Source: Lytechinus pictus
Lineage: Eukaryota
Length of the DNA stretch: 64,000 nucleotides
Assembly: GCF_037042905.1 (NCBI RefSeq)
Contig: NC_087250.1
Location: forward strand, 26,538,001 to 26,602,000
Reading direction: 5' to 3'
Positions 1-13,795 of the stretch are shown here, piece by piece. Below the pieces are notes generated by a model, which did no database searches, was not told where the DNA came from, and was given only the letters and a program-made list of their open reading frames with translations. The first letter of the stretch is position 1. Every line of letters starts with the position of its first letter. The position numbers and the translations under genes are program-made.

Positions 1-641
1 ATATATTAGACCCTGTAAAAGGAACTCTCACCGTGATTGCACGTTTAGAAGTTCAATCACGCATTGTGTAGCTTCTGTAATGGTGCAAGGACGGTCAACA
101 GTTTCACCAGGACTGAGTTCTGCACATTGCACCGTGTTATGGCTTCCACATGCAGAGATTGTTCTTCCCGTAGAATAGTGTTCATCAGAAAGGATGAAGA
201 ATCGAGTCACGAGGGGAAGAACATTCACAAGGAAACGGCCAAAGTAGACCCTATAATCCATACATGGAGAATCTCCATTTCAGTTTGTTCATGGAGCCGA
301 GACTGCTTGCTGTAACTACCGAAGGCAAGTCATTGTTCTCTGATCGGCTCTTAACAACCTTGCAAATAATCATCTTTACGATTAGAAATTGTTTATCCAT
401 ATCTTGTGAGTCGTATATATGATAAAACGTTCTGGACCCTAATTATCTGAGCTCCAATTCAGGATCACCGTAGGGCAATAGAAGGTAGGACTATCTAAAG
501 GTTTAGATGAAGCTACCATGGCTACAAGATTGTGTAACCTGCGAACGTTGAAGTGTATGCTTCATACAATACAAATATTGTAATGTTTACTGATCGTGGA
601 ATTTGTCAATGTATTTGAGTGTTCATTGATTCTCTTTGGTT

Positions 642-727
642 TCAGAGAGGTGTCTTCACTTCGTCTTTCTCTTTGTAGCTGGTAGGTATAACGAAGAACA
701 ATTTCTGCAGAAATCTTGTCAGGGAAT
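642..727 (-). CDS. SLC7A9: SLC7A9-like terminal coding exon
   Basis: ttctcag|; [28 protein letters not shown], then TGA at 642-644. Typical LAT C-terminal T..LQ.L motif. Confidence 0.88.
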
Positions 728-3700
728 CTGAGAATTCAAGAAATAGATGAAAGGGGGATGTCATATTTAGCATTCAAGTAGGCTTTTCATTTCAAATATG
801 CCAACTAATAATGTTTGAGATTAGACGTTCAAAGTCTTACAAACAAAATCTAAATTAAAACGTTGAAAGGTTGAATGCGAATTGCAGTTCTGTCTCTGTT
901 TACTTTGTTCCTTGTTCTTCCATCATTACCCCCCCCCCTCCCTCTCTGTCTCTCTCTTTCTCTCTCTCATACTGTCTCTCCCATCCCCATTCATTCCCAA
1001 TCCCTTTTTTTGCTGTTGCTTTATTGGTTTGGTTCTGTTCATAATCGAGGGGACTCCAAGCTTCCTTTGTTGTATTTTCTTTACTAAAGTACAAGTATAT
1101 TTCAATAAAATAGGCTATACTTAAATAATGACTCTGAAAGCTCCTGGAACAAAGTCACCAAAATTCGTGAACCCCACCAGAAAATGAACAAAATTAAAGT
1201 TTTCAAGTTCTGCCATGTTTAAGTTTGTTTCTCAACATTAAACACTCAGCATGAAGAGGTACATTGTCGGGTGGGGTTCACTAACTTTTTAGCACCACGG
1301 TATAATACTCACTCATTCCTCGGAGCTGCAGCTTATGCCAGACAAAGAGGAAGTAGACTGCAATGCCTGATATGATGAAGATGAAGGCATAGAGAAACTC
1401 CAGGGCAGGTGAGTTGATGATAGGAGCGAAGATAAGATACAGAGATGCGCAGAAGAACAGGATCGGAACTACCAACGGAACCTATGAAAGAATAGAGGAA
1501 AGGATGTTACACTTTGTTTTTAAGAAATTTAGTGGGTATTCCATGGACAGTGGTTGTCTTGACAAGTTGCCGGATCTGACAATTTTCCTTGATTGTGACT
1601 GAGAAGCACTTTTAAATGACTTTCATGAAACACACCAATGGACGGTCTCAAGCTATATATGCAAGAATATGTATACGTGTGTGTATACAACAAATTAATG
1701 TATAAACTTATGAATCTCATTGGCTGAGGGCAACTATTTCAATGTAAATCGGTCAGTGACAATTATAATTATAATGAAATGCCTCTAATGAAGTATCTCA
1801 TGAAGTATCTTCAAAGAGAGAAATACAAATGACTACCAAAACGGGGCAGAATACCATACCTAACATAATTGGGAGATCTTCCTTGAGGTTAAATGTCAGA
1901 AAATAAATATTTTGTCTTATTTTGTTTCTCTCTGGGATAATCCAAGGTTGATTGTGATTGTCAAATTCATTAATTTGCTAAGCTATTACTTTAAAAAATG
2001 CTATTTTAAATGAAGAAATTAAGCATTTTTTAATCTAAAAAACACTAAATCATGATAATTAAAAAAATCACAGAATGACGAAATTGTAAATAGGCTCTTT
2101 CCAAAGAAAAATCTAACCAATGGAAATGTTAACATTGCTTCTTGTTTATTTATATTTACATTCTTTTTTGGATATTCATTTTCAGGCATGTTTTTCTTCA
2201 AAGACAAATGGTTACCATACATTTTGGAAATTTCGAGATGCATTATGATTTACATGACATACTACTTTTTATTTCCAGAAACATTAGGGTATCTTACACG
2301 TAGCAATCAATTCGTAGACGCTTACTATAACGCACATAATCTTTTATTAAAAGCCCTTCATAACGAAGCACCATTTGTCGAAAATCGGTGAATCAAAACA
2401 GCAGTGTCGTCATGGACTCTGGGCAAACAACATATTTGATATAATTTGCCCTGTTCGAATCTTCTTAAGAAGAAGATATGCTGTCCTGATCAACCAATAT
2501 TCAACAATGACCTCTTTATGTGTCCATTGTGATTTGATGGGCATTTTCAATAGATTCTGAACGTTGCAGAAAGCATGTGTGAAGTGGATGCTAACATGCG
2601 CTGATATACCTTGATGGGACGTTCCCAGCTAGCATGTGTATATCTCATTATAATCAAAGCCAATACGGTAAGACTGTAGAAAAGCCAGACAGCGAAAGTA
2701 AAGTAGTTGAGGAGACCATCGAAATCCCCAATGCATATCAGAGCCATTGCAATCGCCGACTAATGTAAAAAAAGATAAAACAAATAATGTGTAAGTCATA
2801 AAGCACATTGTGAACAGTGAATGAATCAATAACATAAAATTATAAATCGTATTTTTATGATTTAAATATTACACGAAAATGTTATAAAAGATCATGGGCA
2901 GCATTGCAATTACATAGTTTAAGTTATGCTGAAGAGCATAAATGTAGCAAGCAATAATATAAGCAATTCCTATTTGAAAGAAAAAATGAATATAAATTCA
3001 AAGAATAATAAATTAAAACGTACATATGCATGCCAATTAATACTCAATGCTTTTTTTTTTACACAAATACCGATGAATAAATTAGTGTAGTGATAGGGCC
3101 ATTCACATAAGTAGTAAATCATCGAGGAGTTTTGTGCGGGCTTTTCTGGATGAGAACATAAAAAAACCGTACAAAACTCCGCGATGGAGAACGCACGGAA
3201 ACATTGCGAGTCATCTTGCGGTTTTTCTATCATCGCGAGTTTTCTCATGTGAATCCAATGATCCGAAACTCCACGATGTTTTGTTTCAATTTCGCGGGTC
3301 CATAAAGTTCGCGATGTTTTGCTCCAGTTTAAATTAAGAGGAAGAATGATTGCGATAAGCTCACGAAAGTCAAATTATCGCTGATGGTAATGATGATAAT
3401 GACGATGATGGTAATGGCGATAATGATGGCAATGATAATTATGGCAATAATAATGATGACGATGATGATGGTGATGATGATTTTTGTAATGACGACGGCA
3501 TAATGATAATCTTGACAACAGCTGTGACGACGGTAAAAATATTAAGTATGATTATGATATTAGAAAATAACAATCGATTTTATCATTAAGTTTAGCTATT
3601 ATGAATAGGAGCAGAAGGAGAAGGAATAAAACGACATCCGAGGAAAACAGGAAGAGGACGGCGACGATTAGGAGGAAGAGGATCAGACAAGTGAGAAAAG

Positions 3701-6700
3701 GAAGTTTACTGGGAACCCCGGAAGAAGAGAATAGAAGAGATAGATATAATAAGATAAGATTGATAGGTAGAAAATGAGAAGGAATGGTTGATCAAGAAGA
3801 TAAATATGACATGAAACACGGGTGAAAAGTGAAACCCTACACTGCAAAAAAAAAACGCCAGTGTTAATTTACACCAGCCTGGTATCTACATCGGTCCACA
3901 CCAGAGACGTGTTGAAGCAACACCGGTTTTTGCGTTAGTCTAACACCAATTTGGCATTTAAGCAACACCTATTAGTGTTAAACCAATATCGATTTGACTC
4001 TTAAATGGTGTTGTTTCAACGCTTCTCTGGTGTGGGGCCCATAAAGATACCAGGCTGGTGTTCGTTTTTGCAGTGTATAGATGGATAACTTACCACCGAC
4101 ATAACGGCAGGTTGAGGGGTAAGCCTCTTAGCATGCACCATTCCTAAGATCTGGGCAACATGGCCTTCCCTTGCTGCTACGAAGGGTAACCTGTCCCAAT
4201 CAAAATTCATATAAACTTTCTCATACATGAAATAATGTATAATCCATACTTTCATTTCATTTCTTGGTTTTTGCAACATTTTTCATAACAAAATTCTGGA
4301 CAAGAAAATACATATCTGAAATTTGACATCAAGATAATGAACAATAGTTTGGTATATAAATCATTAAAATATATCATACATAAATTAACAATGTTAAGCG
4401 GTATTTTCTGTTAAACAATAAATAGGATGGTTGCAAGGGTCGTCACAAAAGCAAAGTTTGAAAACGTAACACCCCTGGAAAATAGCCCAAATAAATAATA
4501 TCTGTCATGAAACGTGCAAGACTATTCTAGAAAGTGGTCTGTCTACTCTTGACATTGTTTATTTTTGTTATAATTGACTATTATTTCATTTTTTTATTAC
4601 AGCCTTTAGGCTTGTATTTATGCATATTCCAACTGGAAGAGAGATTACATGCCGACTTGATATTAGTACGTCATTCATTTACGATAGTTGCGTATGACTT
4701 CCAAACAATAATTCTTCAAAATAATACTAGGATCGTGACACATTTTTTTTTACTTTCTGTACGCGATTCCATTAAAAAAATATGTGGGACCTTCCAAATA
4801 TTATTTGTCTCTTCTTTTTATACAGATTTCATGGAAACTTTTGAGACTCTCAAATGATTATCTCAGTGGGTAGCCCTGTCAAGAACTGCATAAACTTGAG
4901 CAGTTCATGCAGTGACAGAAAAATTGAGAAAATGGGAGTCGGATTTGAAAATAGGGTCGTTTAAAGTAGGCCTATTATGAAATCGCCTTCGTACAACTCG
5001 TACATCATCCCTTTGGAACAAACAAATTCATCCTTGATACTCTATTAAAATGGTTGGGAAATACATGTCAAGTTAGTCAACCATGATATATATCAATAAA
5101 TGTGTTATTATCATCAAGTAAATCTGCCCTCCACGTACCTGCCAGCTGTAAACAGGGTAGCGTTCGCTGCTCCAAAGGTCGACATACACACACCAAGCGG
5201 AACGATCCAAGCGAAAGATCCCATTGTGCGGTGTGCAAAAGTCTGTGAAGAGGACAATAACATGGATTTCAATTTATTTGAAGAGAATGCCCTGCACTAT
5301 TTAATGCGGTGACTCTGAAATATGTACACAATAAGCTGTATATCGACATGATAATTAGTGTAAACTTGCACCGCATTCCGACGTCGCGTCCTGGAATAGC
5401 ATTCCTTTATAAACACACACTTTTGCATTCCCTTGTCAAAATGGAATCACATTGTGTGGGGAAGCTTTGTTATGGAGACAAAAAGTGCAGTCTGGAAATG
5501 TGTATTCATTTCCTTTTCAATAAATTTGTAAATTAAGTCGATTTGGAGTTGAGGAAAAGGTAAATTATGACAAATAAGCAGAGACGGTGACTATTGTAGT
5601 TGCAGGTGTCGCCGAATAGAGAGAGACTCCCCAGAATAGCACTGTTAATGAATATAATTATGATGTGTATGTCAATACAGTGTACGGATAACATGACTTG
5701 ACTAAACGAATTCACACTGAAGTATCACAATGCCAGCGAAAAAGTGTTCCCTTGACAAATTTTATTACTCTAGAAATACACTGCGCTTGTAATTTATGAA
5801 AATATATCAACAAACAACTATGCTCAACTTGTTTTAGGATTCTAGGATTTCCAATTATCTAAATTATTTGGGGCGTACCGTTTTGTCCTACTTTTGATAT
5901 GTTGTTCAGAAACCTGGTATGTATGAAGATATCCCGTACTTTACTCATTTTTATTTTATTTTAGAAAGGTTTATTATTCATATAACAAAATAATTATTCT
6001 ATTATACATATGATCATCCAATTTTCTCCTAATCACATAAATAAATTGAATAAAATGGTCGGGATGTTCATTTTACACCAGAGCGGACGCTATATATGAA
6101 CACACCAGAGAAGTTTTAAAACAATACCATTTGGTTTTGGGCTTAAACCAGTTAAGGCCTGGTCACACCGCCCGAACTGTTTGGGAGCGTTCCTTGAACG
6201 GTAGGGAGAAAAGGCCGAATTTCGACAACCCTCCTCACCGCGCACAAAATGGAAACAAATACACGGGCGCTGCCTTAGCGGTGCATCGCTGAAGCTGGCG
6301 TTGCTTTAGCGAACGGTAGCCAGCGGTAGCTTGCGTTGGTTTAGCGATGACGCGAGCGTTGATAGATCGACGTTCTGCGCATGAGGGCGTTGGCTATGCA
6401 GGGGTTTAAAGTTGGTTTAGCGGTGACGCGAGCGTTGATAGAACGACGTTCTGCACATGAGGGTTTAAAGTTGGTTAAGCGGTATACCGCTTTTGACAAC
6501 AGAGCTGAACGAATTTCTTGATAGAAGTTCTGATACATTCAAAATGAGCTCTTGATCAATTTCTCCCCGTATTCATAGCCAAATAGTGGTCCCGCTCCTC
6601 CACACCAACGACAGAACAAAGTTCATCACCGCAATGGATCTCTACTTCAACGCCTGACACCGTTTCAGCTATCCCGTGACCGCTCGTAAAACGCTTACAA

Positions 6701-9700
6701 CCGCTCCATCAAAGTTTGGGCAACGTTTAATCACCGCCTGGCAAAGCTGGCGAAGCAGCGGTCGTCCAGCGTTCAAGATTTCTGCGTTGGCCTAGCGGAC
6801 CCAAGCGTTCACGAAATAGCGTATAGCGGTGCCAAACTTTGACAGGGCGTTGTTGGAGCGGTGGTGAACTGTGCCGGAGCGGAAAATTGCCCGCTCCTCA
6901 CCGCTCAAAATATTTTGTGCAGCTCAAAACTTTCAGAGCGGTAGGAGGGACCATCAGCGGTGGCTGATTGTACACAGTGTTAACGGGGGACAACTTCTGA
7001 TAAACGGTGGTGAACGGTAACGAGCGGTGGTGAATTTTGTTCACCGCTCCAGGAACGCTCCAGCAAATTTCTGGCGGTATGTTCAGGCCTTTAAGGTGTT
7101 TATAGAATAGTATTGAAATATCATCACTTTGATTTCCAACTGCTGTTCCAACGCTTTTCTGGTGTGGTCATATATAGATTCCGGGCTTGTGTTAAATCAA
7201 CACCGGAGTTTTTGCAGTGAAGTATACTTACGACAGCAACTGCTTTTGCTGCAAGCATCTCATCTGGAGTAATAACGGTGAAGTATGAGATATTCATGGC
7301 AATATATACAAGAGCGACGAAGGGGATGCCGACCAGCAAAGAAATCGGAAGATTTCTGAGGGGAAAAACATATCAATGGGTAATTTAAAGAATTCAGGCA
7401 AAAGGAAGGACAATTATGCAAGCAAATCGATAGTAGACCTATCCAACTCGTGGACCATTCTCCTTTAATAATATCAGAAATATATACTCTAAAATACGCT
7501 AATTTTACTGGGTGTTATATTAGAAAAAACATATCGCTTTGTATTTTATTTTACAGAGCAAGATAAATAATCAAACTATACCGCATTTTCTAAGTAGAGG
7601 TGGTGATTAAGACGTTTATCTCTAGTGGTTCTTTTCTTTATATATACTGTAAATTCGATGTAAGAACCTATGTTAAGCATAAATAAATATCTGAAGTTAT
7701 AAACAATGAAAGCTTACCTTCGTGGGTTTTTAATCTCTTCAGTCAATGAATTTAGGAAACCCCTGAATCACACAAACAAAAAAGAAACAATGAAAACAAA
7801 ATAAAACAAATATTGAGTAATAAGCTCCTACTATTGCAAATTACCAGAAAATACTGTACATGTTTGTATTCGTTCATAAAATCTTTTAGGTTAAAGTTAT
7901 TTGGATATTAAACATCACGTTTTGCGCAATGTTTCTTGATTCAAAAGTAGTTACAGCAAGGAATAAAAGTACTAGTCACTTTATAAAAAAATTAAAAATG
8001 ATACTATGCACTGCTAGCCGTTCATTATCATTATTATTCACTTTTTTGTGGTTACTTACCATCCTTCATACGCCCAAAGTCCTTGATAAAAGGCTAAGGC
8101 ATAAGACAGTCCATTGGGCGAACTATTCATGAACGACGTTTTGGGTGTAATGAACTCCGTATTGCCTGGTTATGAAATATTTTAGAGAAAAATAAAAGGA
8201 GAGACGGTGAAAAAATATATTCTTATTGTACTACATATGCATCGTCACCATTGGGCTCGATTTTAAAGCAATTCATATTCTATGCATCTATATGGAAGAA
8301 AGTCCATAATAAATCATAATCTTTTATTAATATGCCAACAGATTGGCTTTTGACGTGTTCAACTGATTCTGAGGTTTTTGGAACAGAGCATAATTCAACG
8401 ACCTATGCTTATTTTTCGCTCATGAATTTTGCATGATTTCCATACTGATATAAGCCACCTAATTAATGCATTATGATGACCACCTGCAAAAATAATATCG
8501 CATTTTCCATACAATTACTAACAGATGTCATACAAGAAAACAAATACCAAGATCCGACAACATAAATAAGATGGAATTTCATAAAAACAAAACAAATGAC
8601 AATTTATTGGATAAATAATGTTGCGTTATTTTCAAAAGAATAACGGTCTTCGTATCGACGACTGTGGTACTCACTCTATCTCCCTCTAGTAGCTTTAATT
8701 AACGAAACATAAATACGAACATACTCTACATGAGTAGCCTATACGAAACGTAATTATGAACACATACCTTTTCCAATGTTGATAAAGCCAATGACAATGA
8801 TGATTGCACACACAAGCAGCTTTGCAATGGTAAACCAGATCTGGATTTGATTGGCTGCTTTCACACTGTAGCAATTTATGAAGGTCAGGATCACTGTAAA
8901 GTTCAATGTGAATAGGACCGAAGTTAGGCATAGTACACAAGCTTTGGATTCGTCACTGCTTTCTAAATAGTATGGTGTAGCTTTTAATGTAATGACGGAA
9001 GTATTTAAATGCAATTGGAAATGTTTTATGTGATAAAAATCAATACTACATTTTGATTAATTTCATTTTTCTCCTTAACCTTCTCACCCCATCCCCATAC
9101 CTCCCCTCTCTCTATCTGCTCCATGCCTCATCTTGGGCACTATATCTATCCCTCTCCATCTTTTAGCTTCATCACTCACCTCCCTCTCTTTCCATTCATC
9201 TGTCTATCTCCCCCTCTCGGGCTATCCATCTCAACCACACCCTAAATCTATATCTCAAAATTAAATGTGTGCTAAATCTATCAATCTAAAAACTATAGAT
9301 GAAAATGATAACTACTCACATAGCGCCATCATCGCGAATATCCTTGCAACCAGGTCGTTGTCATAGCAATCGCTATTTGTGATGTACTCCGCGGTGTAGG
9401 TTCCCATGATGAGGCAGACGATGGCAACGGTTGATGGGCGTATCACCAGGATAAAAGTCCAGGAGAAAAGGAAGGCCGGTAGAGCACCCATGCACTCCAG
9501 GAGATAGGCGTACTCTCCGCCCGATTTAGGGATCATTGTGCCCAGCTCAGCGTAGCAAAGGGAACCTTGGATGATATGGGGCAAACCATGATTATAATAC
9601 TACTAATAACGATATAATGACGATGATGATATAATAACAGTGATCACACATGTATTAAGATTAATGATAATAATGATAACGACAATTAATAATAACAGTA

Positions 9701-9799
9701 AAATACTACTATTATTACTACTTCTACTACTACTACTACAACTACAGTAATAATAAATATCAAAATAATACAAATAATTATTAATAATAATAGTAGAAT

Positions 9800-9837
<38 letters not shown>

Positions 9838-11344
9838 ACGACAGTAATGGTAATAAAAATGATGTAATAATAATAAATTATATTGCATAGCACAATGTTG
9901 AGTTTGATCGAGTGTGAATATATTTATTTAACATTTTCGAATGGTTATTTTATCGGGAAGGGGGTGGGGAATCGGTAAGGATTCGTAAGGCCAGTGAGGG
10001 GCGCCGAAGCATGAGAATCACTGTGTGATTAGAGCAGGATAATGGCAGTAGCTTATCTAGGGGCGGGGGCGGGGGGGGTAGGGTTTAAACCCCCACCTCG
10101 TACACAAGGAGTATGGGATCAAACTCCCACACGACTACCTTAAGCCCCTTTCAGTGGTGCGACTGCTTACGACCGTTGCGATTCTGCGCAACATATATTG
10201 TGACCAAGTGATCGCAAACGATCGCACGAACAATTGTGAAACAGTGAAAGCCCCTTTACTTGTCGCGCAATCAGACGAGTTGGGGATCTACGGGGGGGGG
10301 GGGACGCTTAACACTTGTCAAACCCCCTATTGGCAAAATGCTGGATCCGCCACTGAATGGACGGGCGTTACGGAAAACACCAAGGAAATGTTGAAACAAC
10401 ACCAGTCTATAATAAAGTCAATTATTTAACACCGGCTTTACAGGTGGAAGTCGAATTACTATGAAGTGCAAACTAAATAAATTGGAATACGGCGAGAAAA
10501 TAAAATCTCTCCCGAGAACGAGGAAGAGAGATCTCAATATATACAGCAACATTGAAAAGGAAGATGATAGGGGAATACAATAACGTGAATGAATGCGGAA
10601 ATTGTAGTATTGGTTGGTCAGAACGGAGCAGGAATGGAGTGAAAACAATAACATAATCGGCCGTGAGAGGCTAAATGTGGGCAGGGACTTGTGAGCAGTT
10701 CATAAGCTTGTATTGAAACGTCCTCATTGATGTCGTAATGGTATGTCCAACGAAAAGCAAGATTGAACTTTTGATAAAAAATGGTTAATTTGTTAATCCC
10801 CCCCCCCTCCCTCCCAAATAATAAAATCAATAATATATTATGAACATTATTATAGTTTAAAAACAAACATGCTTAATATTATAGCTGATTGAGTATTAGA
10901 AATTAAACTTTGGTGTTTAATATTTTTAACAGTTTTAAAATAATAACTCTGATTTTTGATATTCACTTTTCGCTTATTATTAGCAAGTTTGAAAAAAATT
11001 ATGACAGCCCCTCGCATTATTCAGCTACCATTTATTCCAGACCTATGATAAAAAAGATTCATAAATTTCCCAATTTTAGGATTGAAACTTACGAATATGA
11101 AGGGCACGCACTTACCTCCAAGAGCTAGGAAACCGCAGAGAAGCCAGATGACAAGACTCATTCCGACGCTTTCGGTTTCCCGAAGAATGCCGACTGGGGA
11201 TACGAAGATTCCCGAACCGATCATCGCCCCAACGACAAAGCAGATACCGCCGAACAGTCCTACTTCGCGCTTGAGTTTGATCTCGCCGTCCATTCTACCA
11301 GAGTCGTAATCGATGCTGTGTGCTTTTGACTTTGACTTCGCCAT
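642..11344 (-). CDS. SLC7A9: SLC7 family L-type amino acid transporter light chain, b(0,+)AT/SLC7A9-like; 11 coding exons, 493 aa
   Basis: Exons (-): 11116-11344, 9320-9565, 8768-8893, 8060-8165, 7718-7762, 7232-7355, 5139-5242, 4094-4190, 2610-2759, 1313-1481, 642-727. All introns are GT-AG with compatible phases, totalling 1482 nt. LAT motifs: [54 protein letters not shown]. The orthologue label rests on motifs and exon sizes. Confidence 0.9.
1313..1481 (-). CDS. SLC7A9: SLC7A9-like coding exon 10
   Basis: [22 protein letters not shown]...[10 protein letters not shown]; tcatag| ... |GTGAGT. Confidence 0.92.
2610..2759 (-). CDS. SLC7A9: SLC7A9-like coding exon 9
   Basis: [28 protein letters not shown]...WERPIK; cattag| ... 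|GTATAT; 150 nt. Confidence 0.92.
3840..4075. mobile_element. EnSpm/CACTA-like MITE in a transporter intron
   Basis: TIRs cactgcaaaaa / tttttgcagtg, inner inverted acaccagcctggtatct, flanked by TA/TA. Confidence 0.7.
4094..4190 (-). CDS. SLC7A9: SLC7A9-like coding exon 8
   Basis: [32 protein letters not shown]; gacag| ... |GTAAGT. Confidence 0.92.
5139..5242 (-). CDS. SLC7A9: SLC7A9-like coding exon 7
   Basis: [35 protein letters not shown]; cacag| ... |GTACGT. Confidence 0.92.
6155..7090. mobile_element. PIF/Harbinger-like non-autonomous element nested in an EnSpm-like MITE (~6070-7219)
   Basis: TIRs aggcctggtcacaccgcc / ggcggtatgttcaggcct; TTA TSD at 6152-6154 and 7091-7093; many accgct/agcggt motifs. 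Confidence 0.75.
7232..7355 (-). CDS. SLC7A9: SLC7A9-like coding exon 6
   Basis: [27 protein letters not shown]...AVAV; ctcag| ... |GTAAGT. Confidence 0.92.
7718..7762 (-). CDS. SLC7A9: SLC7A9-like coding exon 5 (45 nt)
   Basis: [15 protein letters not shown]; ttcag| ... |GTAAGC; phase 2-2. Confidence 0.9.
8060..8165 (-). CDS. SLC7A9: SLC7A9-like coding exon 4
   Basis: [12 protein letters not shown]...[14 protein letters not shown]; accag| ... |GTAAGT. Confidence 0.92.
8768..8893 (-). CDS. SLC7A9: SLC7A9-like coding exon 3
   Basis: [26 protein letters not shown]; tttacag| ... |GTATGT; 126 nt. Confidence 0.92.
9320..9565 (-). CDS. SLC7A9: SLC7A9-like coding exon 2
   Basis: [22 protein letters not shown]...[19 protein letters not shown]; acceptor ccaag|, donor |GTGAGT. 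Confidence 0.92.
9595..9880. repeat. Degenerate (TAA)n/(TAG)n trinucleotide microsatellite
   Basis: Pure (TAG)n run at ~9800-9836 inside TAA/TAC-rich sequence. Confidence 0.85.
11116..11344 (-). CDS. SLC7A9: SLC7A9-like coding exon 1 (MAKSKSK...GFLALG)
   Basis: ATG at 11344; [27 protein letters not shown]; donor GAG|GTAAGT. Confidence 0.88.
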
Positions 11345-11866
11345 CTCACCGACGTCAACGATGTCCTTTGAAGAAATTATCTCCTTTTGACCGTGTTTTC
11401 GGAATGCTTTGCCCAAATATTCGATAGTTTCAAACCGGAAATAATCAGTTTTCTTAGATTTATATTAATGCAGGTAAATAATATGTAGGCCTATATCCAT
11501 AGCACAGTAAAGTATTTTTGTTTTATTCCAGTTGGCTATAGTCCAATAACTTAATATCAATAATAATGGTATCTTTGGCTCGTTTCGCAGAAAAGGGAAA
11601 TCTCACGTTGTTGTAGGAACTAGCGGTTATTAGGCGTTCCTTAGTTCAGATTACTTACTCGATGCTTTCGTTGATTGATATCACCTTCTTAATTACTTTC
11701 CGGGAAAACCCCTGTAAATTTGGCTTTTGCGCATCGTAAGTTGTTACAGTCGAGTAAGAAATAATGATTTCCGCAATGAATGGTTTGGAATATCTTCAGT
11801 CACTCTCAGTTTTGAAAGCTACAGACATGTAGAGTAGATAACATTTTGCCAGGCAGACAGACCGAC
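11345..11866 (-). other. Probable 5' UTR part of the first coding exon of the transporter gene
   Basis: Strong acceptor ctttctcttttcag| ending at 11867, with no in-frame ATG between it and 11344. A matching donor AGAG|GTGAGT at 17852/17851 may end an upstream non-coding exon. Confidence 0.45.
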
Positions 11867-13403
11867 CTGAAAAGAGAAAGGAGTGAGACATAATTGAATA
11901 AATTATACATGTAAGAACTTACAGAAAGGTACCATAATTGCTTCAAAATTATATTTTGTTAAAGACTGACATAACCTTTTTTGTTTCTGCTATTTAAATA
12001 GACAAAGCGCAATTGATTTGTCAAATTCAAGAAAAGCAAATTTACATTATTTGACAAACTCCTGTCTGCATTAATTCGGGAATAAAAGACCATAAGCAAA
12101 TGAACATGATTTGAGGGATAAAAAGAAGGTGTCCCCTTTATTGTCAAGAAGTTAAAACGAAGGGGCAAATTTGAATGGGGGAATGAAAATACAAATTACA
12201 TGCACCTTATTCCTGACTTAAGAAACAAGATGAGAAACGACGATATCACGTTTATGTCCCCTTTTTTCAATCGCCTTTTTTTAAATATACTGGCGCCGTC
12301 CGTAATTGTACCATTAAAGACAAGAGGAAACAATATGTCACATGCGTTATAGAATATCCCTCTAAAATTACCAAGCAGACGGGTTTCTTAATCATAAATC
12401 TCCAAGTTTGCGTTTGGTTAGCCGAAAACACAATCGCGGTCTCTGAATCATTCATTTTTAAACATGTCATGACCAAGAAAAGAGAGAATATGGAAGAAAA
12501 AGAAAGAGAGGAGGGTGATTATTATGTCGAAATCTATCATAAACTTGGATTTTTGTAAAAAAAGAAAAAAAAATTTCGCTCACTTCGTTCACTCACAACT
12601 TAAAAAAATGCACAATACGACAAATGTGGCCCCCTCAAAAATGTTGACTCATTACACCGTTATACACTGCAGTGTTGTATGGTTTTCTTTCAACAGGTCA
12701 AGTCCTCAGGAGCAAACATATTTGAATAAATCTTTACCACTGAAGGTCTTTAACTTATGATGCCAGGAGTTTACATGTATGACACACACCTTCGGGTGCC
12801 ATAACATCAGCGGAAAATATTAATATTATTTAACATAAGGGATTAATCCAAGATAGGAAGTATGGTGAGTGTGCGTGATGGTCTGAGAGAGATAGAGAGA
12901 GTGTGTGCGTGTGCGCGCGCTTCTATCTACATTGTAACTAAAGGCTGTACAAGAGATTTCACTAGAAATGTGTGAACAGGTGAGGGGGGGGGGGTAAGTA
13001 AGGGTGCTGGGGCCGTTGCGGATTTGGCAAGATTTTCGGAGATGAACATTGGCAGGACATCATCGAAATCTCAAACAAGCAGATCTAGAAATCACATAGT
13101 TTAGAGTGTACAATATAAAATTATTAACATTCATTATATTAGTAACATTACGATAACAGAAAGTCTGAATTGTAGTAATAATGTTTACACAATATACAAA
13201 TAAAAATATTACTATAATTAAACAATTAGAAGTTCCATCGGAATATGCACTTCACAGAAGAAATATGAGTAGAAAAAGAGAAAAAAAACAAAGGAATGGC
13301 AGATCCATGTAGAATAGAGAGTCGGGAGGGTGATCTGAGAAGAGAGTGTCAAGAGAACAGGGGGGGGGGGGCAAAGAAATAGAAACAAAATGGGGAACCA
13401 AGA

Positions 13404-13405
<2 letters not shown>

Positions 13406-13442
<37 letters not shown>
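13406..13442. repeat. (TA)n microsatellite
   Basis: Seen directly. Confidence 0.9.
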
Positions 13443-13445
<3 letters not shown>

Positions 13446-13795
13446 AGGGAATTAGACAAATGCGGATTATCTTCTACATAACTATACAGAATGCTCTGTT
13501 AAATTTTATTTTACTGATGTAAATGATGTAGGCATTGCCCGTGTTATAAAATGGTTTGTTTGGGTCTGTGTTAGGGCGTGCCTGGGCGGTGGGAGTGTGT
13601 TTGAAGGTCTATGACAGGCCTGGTCTATGGAATAGTGTGTTAACTGTGTTTGTATATTACTGTGTGTGGGGTGCAGTATGTGTGCGTGTGTGAGTAAAAG
13701 AAAAAAGAGAGAGTGACTGAGATGATGATGGTGAGGTGACAAAGAGGAAAAAGAAAGGGAAGGGAGCTTGGGAAATATTAATCATTGTCGAAGAA

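Noticed and set aside
11345..11416. N-terminal extension of the transporter suggested by the ORF track
   Set aside because: It starts at TTG. The first in-frame ATG is 11344, which gives a normal-length protein.
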